Below are positions 1 to 9,094 of a DNA stretch of 64,000 nt, piece after piece. The DNA comes from Escherichia virus TH41, in the sequence record MT446412.1; one strand, given 5' to 3'. The stretch's first letter is position 1; every line of letters starts with the position of its first letter. Both the position numbers and the translations under genes were made by a program. The notes beneath the pieces were generated by a model. It had not been told where the DNA came from. It was given only the letters and a program-made list of their open reading frames with translations, and made no database searches.

Positions 1-111
1 ACAATTTATGTCGAAAGGCAAAAGATTCTCTTCCCAGAAAGTATGGAGAAATTCATAATCTATTATCGGTCAGTGTTATTGGTAAGGACAAAAGGTCTAG
101 AACCATTATAA
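1..111 (+). CDS. 3' end of an upstream gene (partial, starts before the window)
   Basis: Frame 1 is open from nt 1 to TAA at 109-111; no start codon in window. Confidence 0.3.
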   Translation, partial: TIYVERQKILFPESMEKFIIYYRSVLLVRTKGLEPL

Positions 112-143
112 CACTGATTGTTTTAAAGCAAACAAGGTGCACT

Positions 144-743
144 ATGTCAGGTTTATATAATCAAACTAACACGACTAACTTTATATTAGAGGTGAGCGAT
201 TCAAACCTCACACAGACCTTTAAACTCAACGTTCAAGACGTTACCCTCCCAGGAGTTCACATTCCTGTGACGGATGTTCCTGGCGGAACACAAGGTATAA
301 ATCGCTCCAGTCTTCCTGGTAGTACAATAGAATTCGACCCGCTGATTGTTAACTTTCTGTGTGACAAAGACCTAAGAGCGTGGCTTGACATCTATAAATG
401 GATGCTCTCGCTCAACAACTACATCACACACGAATCAAAAGCATGGCATCCGAAGGGTCGTCCCGAAGCGGTCACGCTTCATATCTTAGATAATAACAAG
501 GACAAAATTGTCATGTCAATCCATTACTATGGTGCATGGCCGTCCGACCTGTCAGAGATTCAGTATTCATATAAAGAAGATTCTGACCCGGCTATCAATG
601 CAACAGCAACTTTTAACTTTAAGTCTTTTGCTGTAGAAATTGATGGTATAATAATAGAAGGTAGACCACAGATTGATAGTAATGCAGCAATGCAACAGGA
701 AATCAGGTCTAAGTCAATGCATCCATCTATGAGAAACGTATGA
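144..743 (+). CDS. probable tail completion / sheath stabilizer protein (gp3-like, assigned by synteny only)
   Basis: 199-aa ORF, AAGGTG RBS 7 nt upstream, stop overlaps start of gene 1 (ATGA); T4 order 3-1-57A-57B. Confidence 0.45.
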   Translation: MSGLYNQTNTTNFILEVSDSNLTQTFKLNVQDVTLPGVHIPVTDVPGGTQGINRSSLPGSTIEFDPLIVNFLCDKDLRAWLDIYKWMLSLNNYITHESKAWHPKGRPEAVTLHILDNNKDKIVMSIHYYGAWPSDLSEIQYSYKEDSDPAINATATFNFKSFAVEIDGIIIEGRPQIDSNAAMQQEIRSKSMHPSMRNV

Positions 744-1416
744 AATTAATTGCGATTGTGGGTAAAAAACGCAGTGGTAAAGATACGACTGCTGATTATG
801 TTATTAGTCAAAATGGAACAAAGTGGCAGCTTGCAGGTCCGATTAAAGAAGCGCTTTATAACGCGTGGATTCGTCAAGACCTGCCACACAATTTGACCCT
901 GGAAAATTTTGATGGACAAGGTTACGACCGTGAAAAAACCTTAATAATGAACAACACCGAAGCTTATATTCTTCTGGTTGATGCTCTTGAATGGTTGAAA
1001 CAACAATACAATCTTGACCTTCCGAATCCGGATATGGTTCGTAAAATTATTGAATTTCACACACTAAATAATGTTGAGCCCTGGACAGTTAGACGTTTCA
1101 TGCAGACCCTTGGAACTGACATTGTTTGTACAGAGTTCGACAGCATGTTTTGGATTAAAACTTTTGCCTGCGACTATCTTGACAACCTCTATTCTGGATA
1201 TAAATATTACGTTGTCCCAGATGTTCGCCAAAAGAACGAACTTGATTCGCTTCGGGCGATGGGTGCTACAATAATCTTTGTAGAACGCGATGAAGCAAAT
1301 CATTCTACTGATACACACATTACGGAAGCTGGACTTCCACCACTAGCTAGTGACATTGTTATTAAAAACGATGGCACACTCGAAGAACTTTTTGATAAAA
1401 TTAATAAGGTAATATA

Positions 1417-1417
<1 letters not shown>
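740..1417 (+). CDS. 1: deoxynucleoside monophosphate kinase (gp1)
   Basis: N-terminal P-loop VGKKRSGKDTTADY and C-terminal THITEAGLP...NDGTLEELF closely match T4 gp1. Confidence 0.9.
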
Positions 1418-2108
<691 letters not shown>

Positions 2109-2168
2109 TGTACAAATGAGTGTAGGTGCAGTATTATGCTCCTACACCAACGAACAAACGGAGTTAAA

Positions 2169-2501
2169 ATGAACATCAAAACTTATAACGAGTTTTTAGC
2201 CGAATCCGCCATCAATGAGACCAAATCAATTGATGATAGTGAAGGCTCTCTGAAATTTGGTTTAACCAAAAACGCAGATGGTGTTTTCTTTCAGATTGGT
2301 AATGAACGTTTTCAAACGTCCAAATATTCCAAAGCTGCAGTTGAAGCTGTCCTAAAATCTGGTGGCAAGTGGAAAGGCAAAGAAGGTACTAAAGAAATTG
2401 GTATCGCTGTTGACGGTGGTATGGCTTATTTTAAAATTGGCGATGAACAATTTATTATGTCTGCTCGCGGACGTAAAGAACTGGCAAAACTTTATAAATA
2501 A
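2169..2501 (+). CDS. capsid-targeted internal protein (IPI-locus member)
   Basis: N-terminus MNIKTYNEFLAE resembles T4 capsid targeting sequence MKTYQEFIAE; located at ipI position next to 57B. Confidence 0.55.
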   Translation: MNIKTYNEFLAESAINETKSIDDSEGSLKFGLTKNADGVFFQIGNERFQTSKYSKAAVEAVLKSGGKWKGKEGTKEIGIAVDGGMAYFKIGDEQFIMSARGRKELAKLYK

Positions 2502-2509
2502 GGTTTCTT

Positions 2510-2782
2510 ATGAAAACTTTCAATGAATTTTTCAACGAGTCACAACTGAATGAAGAAGTAAAAATTAGTAAAGCAGTCAAATCTATGATTGACAATATCA
2601 ATCACCTGTATAGCATTGACTTGACTGACCATATAACAATTGGTAACAAACGCAACTTTTTCGCGTTTGACATTTCAGAACTTGACCAGAACCAAATTAA
2701 TAACATTGAGCGTTTTGCCAATGACAAGGGTCTCCGTCATGAGACAGCTGGTTATAAAAAATATGCAATTTATCTAAAATAG
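2510..2782 (+). CDS. capsid-targeted internal protein candidate
   Basis: N-terminus MKTFNEFFNE (CTS-like); RBS AAGG upstream. Confidence 0.5.
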   Translation: MKTFNEFFNESQLNEEVKISKAVKSMIDNINHLYSIDLTDHITIGNKRNFFAFDISELDQNQINNIERFANDKGLRHETAGYKKYAIYLK

Positions 2783-2790
2783 GATTTCAA

Positions 2791-3090
2791 ATGCAAACTT
2801 TTCATGAATTTTTGGTAGAAAACAATTACCTGGCAGAAGCAAAAACCTGGCCTCTGGGTCTTCAGAAGAAAAACACCTACAAATGGGTTGACTTCAAAGG
2901 TAAAGGCGACGCTGAAGACTTTGACCAGCTGCGTAAAAATGGTTATACCTTCCTTGACTCTAACTATAACAAAATTACCTCTTTTAGTCAGAAGTCAAGC
3001 ATTGCCTTCATTGAAACTGGTAAGAACTCTCCTAAAGATATCACTGACGACTTCACCGCTTATGGTGTAATTCGTGGTTCAAAAATGTAA
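2791..3090 (+). CDS. capsid-targeted internal protein candidate (paralog of 16952..17215)
   Basis: N-terminus MQTFHEFLVE; shares GDAEDF...RKNGY[TS]F...IAF..G with ORF 16952. Confidence 0.5.
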   Translation: MQTFHEFLVENNYLAEAKTWPLGLQKKNTYKWVDFKGKGDAEDFDQLRKNGYTFLDSNYNKITSFSQKSSIAFIETGKNSPKDITDDFTAYGVIRGSKM

Positions 3091-3145
3091 TGTACACGAT
3101 GGGATAGTTGCAGTATAATTATCCCATCAACTACTGGAGCTACTA

Positions 3146-3424
3146 ATGAAAACTTATCAAGAATTTATTAACGAATCAATTAGTCACCCGGATATGCTGG
3201 AAGACCTGAAAGGACATCTGATGGTTAAGGCCAAACCGGTTGATGGTGGCGCATTTGAGTTGTTTCTTGTTAAAGGCGAAAACGGTCCTGATAACAAGAA
3301 AGTTTCAGCAATGATGTTGACTAAAGGTTACAAAGTCAGTTCTTCCTGGAATGCTCCATTCACTTACGCGGTAAGCCCTCGTGAACTGAAAAAAGTTAAA
3401 GCTGGACAATATACAAAAATTTAG
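3146..3424 (+). CDS. capsid-targeted internal protein
   Basis: N-terminus MKTYQEFINE; preceded by promoter/stem-loop cassette and GGAG RBS. Confidence 0.65.
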   Translation: MKTYQEFINESISHPDMLEDLKGHLMVKAKPVDGGAFELFLVKGENGPDNKKVSAMMLTKGYKVSSSWNAPFTYAVSPRELKKVKAGQYTKI

Positions 3425-3478
3425 TGTACGTGATGGGATAACTGTAGTATGATTATCTCATCAACTACTGGAGACCAC

Positions 3479-3733
3479 ATGAAAACTTATCAAGAATTTA
3501 TTACTGAATCTGCAAATGCAAAAGTTGAGTTTGCTTATGTTGGTTCGCCGCGTGGCAGTTTTTCCAATGAGGAATTCCGTCGTTCACTGGACAATTTCAT
3601 GCAGTTAAGTGCTGAAGTATCGCATGATGGTCGTTATGACATCGTTACTATTAGCGGTTCTGAAGACCTTATCAAAAAGTGGCACAAGCAGAAAGATGTT
3701 GAGATGCGTTACTATCGTATCCCTAAAAAATAA
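3479..3733 (+). CDS. capsid-targeted internal protein
   Basis: N-terminus MKTYQEFITE; start chosen at RBS-supported ATG 3479 rather than upstream ATG 3449 that lies in the promoter. Confidence 0.65.
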   Translation: MKTYQEFITESANAKVEFAYVGSPRGSFSNEEFRRSLDNFMQLSAEVSHDGRYDIVTISGSEDLIKKWHKQKDVEMRYYRIPKK

Positions 3734-3790
3734 GTGTACTTTTAAATGGGATAGTGTATGATTATCCCATCAACTACTGAGGAGAATAAA

Positions 3791-3976
3791 ATGAAACGTT
3801 GCGAATTAATTAGAAATGTTACTGCCCTTGTTGCTGTTACCACTTTTGGTTTTAGCATGTTTGCTGGCTTTATGTTGAATATGCTTTCAACTTCTGAGAA
3901 TATAATCTCTTTAGTAGTTGCATTTTTAATTGGTTCAATCTCTTTCGTTATGGATAAAATCTCTAAAGGTGAGTAA
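3791..3976 (+). CDS. small hydrophobic membrane protein
   Basis: 61 aa, two predicted TM stretches; GAGGAG RBS; start 3791. Confidence 0.5.
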   Translation: MKRCELIRNVTALVAVTTFGFSMFAGFMLNMLSTSENIISLVVAFLIGSISFVMDKISKGE

Positions 3977-3977
3977 A

Positions 3978-4367
3978 ATGTATAAAGTGTATGCGGATTA
4001 TCAGGCAAATCCATCTGAAAAACCAGATTGTCAAATTGGGTGGGCGCATGACACCCTGCTTGAAGCGGTAGACGAAGCTCAAAAATTAGGGTATAGTTAT
4101 GTAGATATTGTTCAACCAAATGGAACAGTTATTACACTTGAAGAATTCAAGAATATCAAAACAAACTTTTTGCTTTTTGCAGGTGATAGCTATTATCCTC
4201 GTGGCGGTTATGCTGACTTAATCGCAAAGGCTGCGACTGAAGATGAACTGCGTGATATCATTAAAGAAAACGAGAAGAAGCCTTGTTATGGTTCCAACCG
4301 TTTTGACTGGTGGCAGATTGTTAATGCCAATACGCATACTATTGTTGATGAAGGAACATGCGAATGA
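3978..4367 (+). CDS. hypothetical protein
   Basis: 129-aa ORF starting 2 nt after upstream stop; stop overlaps next start. Confidence 0.5.
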   Translation: MYKVYADYQANPSEKPDCQIGWAHDTLLEAVDEAQKLGYSYVDIVQPNGTVITLEEFKNIKTNFLLFAGDSYYPRGGYADLIAKAATEDELRDIIKENEKKPCYGSNRFDWWQIVNANTHTIVDEGTCE

Positions 4368-4840
4368 ATATCAAATTTGGTCAGACCATCCCTAAAGGTT
4401 ATGTGATTGAAATTGAAACCTGGGAAAATGATGGTGACAACTATAAAACCCAAACGGTATTTGGCGTAGAAGAACAAGAAATCCAGCAGTACAAATATAT
4501 CCTGGAACTTTTCCATGGTTCGCATTGCAACAACCGCAACAAATGTGGTAATTCAGAATGGGATGTGGTTAAACACTTGGTTATCGCCCACATTGCATCT
4601 GGCGTAAAATCTGGCCAGTTGACTTATGAATTTTTGGATAAAGTTCTTGGTATCCAAGACTTAGAAGCCTTGCTGAATGATGATGAAGAAGCATACTATT
4701 TGAATGAAGCCCTTACTGAGCTCCTTGGTATGGCTTGCGAATATGATGGCGATTTCATGCGTGTAATTTCTTATGTTAAGCTATATATAATCGAAGAAGA
4801 AATCCGAATCCCATCTGTTAAAGGGCTTGATATGCTTTAA
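4364..4840 (+). CDS. hypothetical protein
   Basis: 158-aa ORF, ATGA overlap with upstream gene. Confidence 0.5.
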   Translation: MNIKFGQTIPKGYVIEIETWENDGDNYKTQTVFGVEEQEIQQYKYILELFHGSHCNNRNKCGNSEWDVVKHLVIAHIASGVKSGQLTYEFLDKVLGIQDLEALLNDDEEAYYLNEALTELLGMACEYDGDFMRVISYVKLYIIEEEIRIPSVKGLDML

Positions 4841-4961
4841 CAAAAACGCGTTATTATTAATAAGTACCCTCTATTACCAAAGGTTCTTCCCTCAAAGAAC
4901 CTTTCATAATAGCATGTGCTATTAATCAAACTTACTTTACTTAATTTTACTTGAGGTGCTT

Positions 4962-5231
4962 ATGTTAGTATTAAAATTAGCTTTTTACGACCCTAAAACA
5001 AAGACAACCACTACCAAACGTTGCTCTATTTCGTATGAGTGTCAATTTGGTGAAATTCAGCATCCAACAGGCGAAACCTTTATGTCAATTGGTTGTTCAA
5101 CATTCAATAAAGTCAAATTAATCCCGTTGGTTAATACGGCGGCTTATCTGGTTGCTCCAGAAGAAATGACTTATCATACAATTCAGCATATGGTTAAAGA
5201 TGATAATGCTCCTGCTGGATTTGTAATTTAA
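4962..5231 (+). CDS. hypothetical protein
   Basis: ATG at 4962 with GAGGTG RBS; ends 5 nt before tRNA. Confidence 0.4.
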   Translation: MLVLKLAFYDPKTKTTTTKRCSISYECQFGEIQHPTGETFMSIGCSTFNKVKLIPLVNTAAYLVAPEEMTYHTIQHMVKDDNAPAGFVI

Positions 5232-5236
5232 TTTTA

Positions 5237-5312
5237 GGCCCTGTAGCTCAATTGGTTAGAGCATCCGGCTCATAACTGGCAGGTTTCCGGTTCAAGTCCG
5301 GATGGGGCCACC
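5237..5312 (+). tRNA. tRNA with CAU anticodon (Met or lysidine-modified Ile)
   Basis: Cloverleaf by hand: acceptor GGCCCTG/TGGGGCC, D-arm GCTC..GAGC, anticodon loop CTCATAA, T-arm TCCGG-TTCAAGT-CCGGA; one mismatch in anticodon stem. Confidence 0.7.
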
Positions 5313-5389
5313 CGGGGTGTAGCTCAATTGTATAGAGCAACGGTCTTCTAAACCGTAGGTTGTGGGTTAGAATCCCACCACCCCGACCA
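5313..5389 (+). tRNA. tRNA-Arg (anticodon UCU)
   Basis: Acceptor CGGGGTG/CACCCCG, anticodon stem ACGGT/ACCGT, loop CTTCTAA, T-arm GTGGG-TTAGAAT-CCCAC, encoded CCA. Confidence 0.8.
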
Positions 5390-5404
5390 ATTACTGAGGA
5401 TATT

Positions 5405-5644
5405 ATGGTTATTAGTGAATCATATGCAGTTATGGATATAACCAGCAACGAGCTGGTTTATAGCTTTGATGAGTTTGACGAAAATGATAAACAAGTCCCA
5501 TGGTTTGCATTAACTGCTCCACCTGAACATAATAAATATCTAAGTTTCCCGACTCGCAGACTAGCAACAAATTTTATGGAATTCAATGACCTTGATTCCA
5601 ATTATAAGGTTGTTAAAGTCAAATTAGCTATTACAATTGAATGA
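5405..5644 (+). CDS. hypothetical protein (tRNA-region ORF)
   Basis: ATG 5405 with GAGGA RBS immediately after tRNA-Arg; 79 aa. Confidence 0.45.
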   Translation: MVISESYAVMDITSNELVYSFDEFDENDKQVPWFALTAPPEHNKYLSFPTRRLATNFMEFNDLDSNYKVVKVKLAITIE

Positions 5645-5649
5645 GAAGC

Positions 5650-5860
5650 CGGGTCGCTACCGGTAAGTCGTCGGGGCCTGTTCCCTGGGGTATTGTTCCT
5701 CCCACAGTTTTCTGTGTTCTGGTTCTTTACTATCACATCAGGCACGGCGCACCCTTTTACGGAGTTTTTCCAGAGCGGGCGGTGCGCCCGGTAGTATGAG
5801 AAATCCGAGCGGATGGTGCATCCGGTACTATGGAATATAAATATTAACAACAACCCTAAT
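5650..5860 (+). ncRNA. candidate structured small RNA(s), possibly analogous to T4 rnaC/rnaD
   Basis: GC-rich segment with no credible sense ORF, 8-bp inverted repeat GGCGCACC/GGTGCGCC and GGATG..CATCC hairpin; sits downstream of tRNA cluster. Confidence 0.35.
5836..5843 (+). promoter_or_regulatory. T4-type late promoter TATAAATA
   Basis: Exact TATAAATA about 30 nt upstream of ORF 5875. Confidence 0.5.
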
Positions 5861-5874
5861 AATGGAAAAACAAA

Positions 5875-6258
5875 ATGCTTACATATGCAGAATTTTTAAA
5901 TCGCAATACCATCACCGAATCCGTACTGACTGAAGCTGGCAAATTTTCTTTAGTGGCTCCAGAAAAAGCCGGCGTTTCAATTGGTGACCGTGTTATGTTC
6001 AAGAAACCAGTTAATGGCGTTTCTTGGGGTATCGTAACTGGGTTTGGTATCAAAGCTAAAGATGTTAAAAACGCCGCCGCGCCAGGTGCTAAACTAGCCG
6101 GTTCCAAAGTTTCAACTTATATGGTTCGTCCTAAACAGTCTCCAGGTAATGGTGCCGCTGACTGGGTTGGTGCTCCAATCGAAATCGCTCGTGATAAATT
6201 CTTGAACATCACTGACCGTGCCAACGAACGCGCTGCAATGGCATTCGCTCGCGGATAA
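5875..6258 (+). CDS. hypothetical protein with CTS-like N-terminus
   Basis: N-terminus MLTYAEFLNRNTITE; late promoter upstream; terminator downstream. Confidence 0.5.
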   Translation: MLTYAEFLNRNTITESVLTEAGKFSLVAPEKAGVSIGDRVMFKKPVNGVSWGIVTGFGIKAKDVKNAAAPGAKLAGSKVSTYMVRPKQSPGNGAADWVGAPIEIARDKFLNITDRANERAAMAFARG

Positions 6259-6295
6259 GAACACTTGCCTTGCAGGTGGAACCCCGACAAGGTAT

Positions 6296-6325
6296 AGCCC
6301 CTTCCGAAAGGTTGGGGCTTTTTTA
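6296..6325 (+). terminator. Rho-independent terminator
   Basis: AGCCCC-loop-GGGGCT followed by TTTTTT. Confidence 0.7.
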
Positions 6326-6347
6326 TAAATCAACTAAAGAGAAACGT

Positions 6348-6902
6348 ATGAAACTGTTAAAATATTTGAGTTGGATTCTGTTAGTTCCGCTGGATTTTAT
6401 CTCCATGATTCTGGCCGTTATCCTGGCTCCATTTGTAGTTCCGTTCCATAATAAAAAGACTGGTAAACTTCCGTTCGGGTTTGATTGGATGATGACTTAT
6501 GATAATCCGATTGATGGTGACCGTGGTCATATCAAACGTTGGTCAAAAATCCGAAAATGGCCATTAGGTGTTTACTTCCAACGAGTAGCCTGGCTCTGGC
6601 GAAACAAAGCATACAATTTTGCTTACCACAAGCTCGGTCGTGATTGCAATTCAGAATTCCATTATAAAGGTAATCCTGATGTTGAATCTGGTTCCCCAGA
6701 TAAAGCTCATCATGGATGGCTCTTTATGTGGACGGACAATGCCTGGGGTGTTTTTGCTTCTGTTCCTTATCTTAAGGTCGGTGGAATCACCTTTTATCTG
6801 CGTGTTTATTGTGGCTGGAAGCTCAAGAGCCTTCTGTCCCGACCCATCCCTAAGGCTATGCTCGCCTTTCATATAAATCCGTTCCGCTTTTATAAGAACT
6901 AA
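6348..6902 (+). CDS. membrane-anchored hypothetical protein
   Basis: N-terminal TM helix (WILLVPLDFISMILAVILAPFVVPF), 184 aa. Confidence 0.5.
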   Translation: MKLLKYLSWILLVPLDFISMILAVILAPFVVPFHNKKTGKLPFGFDWMMTYDNPIDGDRGHIKRWSKIRKWPLGVYFQRVAWLWRNKAYNFAYHKLGRDCNSEFHYKGNPDVESGSPDKAHHGWLFMWTDNAWGVFASVPYLKVGGITFYLRVYCGWKLKSLLSRPIPKAMLAFHINPFRFYKN

Positions 6903-6903
6903 C

Positions 6904-6926
6904 AGCCCGCATTGCGGGCTTTTTTA
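6904..6926 (+). terminator. Rho-independent terminator
   Basis: AGCCCGC-ATT-GCGGGCT plus T-run. Confidence 0.75.
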
Positions 6927-6963
6927 TACCCCGAATAAATTTGAAATTTTCTTCAAAAAGTAG

Positions 6964-6992
6964 TGTACATCCAAATTGTCTGGGTGCATAAT
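6964..6992 (+). promoter_or_regulatory. early sigma70-type promoter
   Basis: GTGTAC -35, 17-nt spacer, CATAAT -10. Confidence 0.5.
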
Positions 6993-7043
6993 GATTCCAT
7001 ACTGAGTTACACACTGAATCAAACAAAACTTTGGAGAAATAAA

Positions 7044-7469
7044 ATGAACTTTCTGACCCTGACCTCTGCATTCTCTGTTACCCGCATCACTAACAAAATG
7101 GTTGCTGACGAAGTATGTGAAATCTGCATTCGTGAAGATGCACTTATCCATCTGACTTCAACCCAGATTGTTGCCATTGCCAAGTCCCTTAATTCTGAAC
7201 TGAAGGTAAACACCAAACAGTCAAAAGAATCTATCATTGAATTAATCCAAGCTGAAATGATTGAATTCCCAATTGAAGAAGTTAAAGAAGAAAAAATCCA
7301 GTCCAAATCTGGTAACGCTCGTGACATTTGCTTCCAGGCATTTGCAGAAATTGATATGAATGATAATGCAGCTCGTCGCGCTCTGATTGATGTTCTGGTT
7401 ACCACCCATGATATCAAAAAGACTGTTGTTCAGTCATATGCATCCAACTTCCGCAAAGCTCAAAAATAA
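7044..7469 (+). CDS. hypothetical protein; paralog of 7553..7996 (shared C-terminal domain)
   Basis: C-terminus NAARRALID...VQSYASNFRK shared with next gene. Confidence 0.55.
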   Translation: MNFLTLTSAFSVTRITNKMVADEVCEICIREDALIHLTSTQIVAIAKSLNSELKVNTKQSKESIIELIQAEMIEFPIEEVKEEKIQSKSGNARDICFQAFAEIDMNDNAARRALIDVLVTTHDIKKTVVQSYASNFRKAQK

Positions 7470-7480
7470 TTGAGAAAAGT

Positions 7481-7510
7481 GTTTTACTTCCAGATGGGAT
7501 AGTGTATAAT
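7481..7510 (+). promoter_or_regulatory. early promoter with stem-loop
   Basis: TTTTAC -35, TATAAT -10 inside inverted repeat ATGGGATA/TATCCCAT. Confidence 0.5.
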
Positions 7511-7552
7511 TATCCCATACTGAGTTACCAAATAAACAAACGGGAAAATAAA

Positions 7553-7996
7553 ATGAAAACTTCAAAACTGGTTAAGTATGTTAAACTGGCATTAAACAAC
7601 TCTTCTGAAGCTGAAGCACAATCCGCAGCACGTATGTTCTTCAAACGTCTGACAGCTGAAGGTATTTCATTTAACCCGGCAGTATTTGGTATCACTCGTG
7701 GCGAAGCTGCTAAACTGGCAACTCTGGCAGGTAAAATTTTTAAAGGTCTGAATGATGGACAGGTTAAACCAGAAGTTAAACCTACTCCTAAAGCTGAACC
7801 AAAAGCTGAACGTAAGGCACCTAAACGCTCCGGTATGAGCAACAAAGATTTATGCTATGATATGTTCAAAACTGTTAATATGTCTAATGGTGCTGCTCGC
7901 AGAGCTGTTATTGATATGATTGTGCGTGAGTTTGGATTCAACAAAGCATCAGTTCAGTCTTATGCTTCCAACTTCCGCAAAGAATTTGAAATTTAA
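7553..7996 (+). CDS. hypothetical protein; paralog of 7044..7469
   Basis: C-terminus GAARRAVID...VQSYASNFRK; Lys/Pro/Glu-rich linker. Confidence 0.55.
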   Translation: MKTSKLVKYVKLALNNSSEAEAQSAARMFFKRLTAEGISFNPAVFGITRGEAAKLATLAGKIFKGLNDGQVKPEVKPTPKAEPKAERKAPKRSGMSNKDLCYDMFKTVNMSNGAARRAVIDMIVREFGFNKASVQSYASNFRKEFEI

Positions 7997-8078
7997 TTAA
8001 AAAGGGGGTATACAAGCCCCCTGCTTTAAGGCATAATGATTCCATACTGAGTTACACAATAAAACACTGGAGAATAAA

Positions 8079-8384
8079 ATGAAATTCATCATCAACCTGG
8101 CGCTTGTTGACTTTGATAAAACTGGTAATTTCGCATCTGCTGAAAATATGATTCGTAACACCAAGTTCAAAGTGCAAGTCCAACAGGCGGTAGCAAAAGA
8201 GTTCTTTACTGATAAATTAACTAACGTTGTTAATCACCTGAATGTGCAAGTTAAATTCACTCGTGAAGCGGAAACTACTGTTGCATTTGATTTTGACTGC
8301 CAATACCATGATGAATATGTTCGCCGCATCCTGGATATTGTGTCTGATGAACTTTATTATGGTGTGCAGGAAAACAAAATCTAA
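8079..8384 (+). CDS. hypothetical protein
   Basis: 101-aa ORF with GGAG RBS. Confidence 0.5.
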   Translation: MKFIINLALVDFDKTGNFASAENMIRNTKFKVQVQQAVAKEFFTDKLTNVVNHLNVQVKFTREAETTVAFDFDCQYHDEYVRRILDIVSDELYYGVQENKI

Positions 8385-8401
8385 ATTAGTGCTTTAATGG
8401 G

Positions 8402-8426
8402 AACATGATAGTATGTTCCCTGGATA
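8402..8426 (+). promoter_or_regulatory. candidate MotA-dependent middle promoter
   Basis: TGCTTTA box, about 12-nt spacer, TAGTAT -10 inside inverted repeat GGGAACAT/ATGTTCCC. Confidence 0.4.
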
Positions 8427-8456
8427 ATAAAACTTTAACCATCTGAAGGAAATACC

Positions 8457-9050
8457 ATGAATACTTTAAAGAAACTTGTTGAATTCATCCGCTCCAAACT
8501 GGGTACTGCAATGGCACAAAACCTGTCTATTGAAGACCAGTATACTAAAGCTGCTTCTACCCTGATTGATAAGATTACTGAGCTCCAGACTGCCCATGTT
8601 AAGTCTGTTAATGAAGAAAAACGCATTCGCGAGTTAGCGAATGAAAAAGACCAGCTCGCTTCTTCTAAAGAACGCGAAATTCGTAAACTGATTGCTGATG
8701 GCGCAGATGTCCAGGTCCATGCTAAACTGGGTCTCCTTTATCGTCGCACTGCTAAACAACTTCGTAAGAAGGCAGATGATTATGTTGAAATGCGTAATGA
8801 AATTAAATTGAAAGTTAAAGAGCTGGATGATTCTCGTCAGGAACTAGCTGTTAAACTGGAATATATCCGCGAAACCCGTAAGGTGTCTGCGCTGGGTATT
8901 GCAACCGCAGATGATGTTGTTGAAATCGCTGCATTGACTAAGATTGATATTGAAGACACTCTGATGCGTGTTGAAACCTTCAAAGGTCCACAGGTTGGTG
9001 TGGATACCACATCCGCTGACATTGAAGAATATATCAATTCACTTAAGTAA
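8457..9050 (+). CDS. coiled-coil hypothetical protein
   Basis: 197 aa, strongly helical heptad-rich sequence. Confidence 0.5.
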   Translation: MNTLKKLVEFIRSKLGTAMAQNLSIEDQYTKAASTLIDKITELQTAHVKSVNEEKRIRELANEKDQLASSKEREIRKLIADGADVQVHAKLGLLYRRTAKQLRKKADDYVEMRNEIKLKVKELDDSRQELAVKLEYIRETRKVSALGIATADDVVEIAALTKIDIEDTLMRVETFKGPQVGVDTTSADIEEYINSLK

Positions 9051-9094
9051 GATAAAAAGGGGGCTTTGCCCCCTAATTGGGAGAGGAGAATATT

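Noticed and set aside
71-119. 9-bp inverted repeat CAGTGTTAT/ATAACACTG as a terminator
   Set aside because: Loop of ~28 nt, no downstream T-run, and it overlaps the end of the upstream ORF.
3090-3790. Possible CRISPR-like array suggested by repeated ~50-nt elements
   Set aside because: Repeats contain -35/-10 promoter hexamers and an RBS plus ATG; spacing equals gene lengths (300-350 bp, irregular); no cas genes. These are promoter/UTR cassettes.
5602-5853. 83-aa minus-strand ORF in the GC-rich region after the tRNAs
   Set aside because: Overlaps the candidate structured RNA; Arg/Pro-rich composition expected from translating GC-rich non-coding sequence; no RBS.
8457-9050. PspA/IM30-like membrane-stress protein
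   Set aside because: Only generic coiled-coil character is shared; no convincing motif alignment could be made by eye. Left as a coiled-coil hypothetical.
9077-9094. Upstream TTG/GTG/ATG starts given in the ORF track for several genes (9077, 3449, 16585, 46090, 41565)
   Set aside because: Upstream starts fall inside promoter or stem-loop elements or lack an RBS; the downstream ATG with a GGAG-type RBS at 5-9 nt, or matching the T4 ortholog N-terminus, was preferred.
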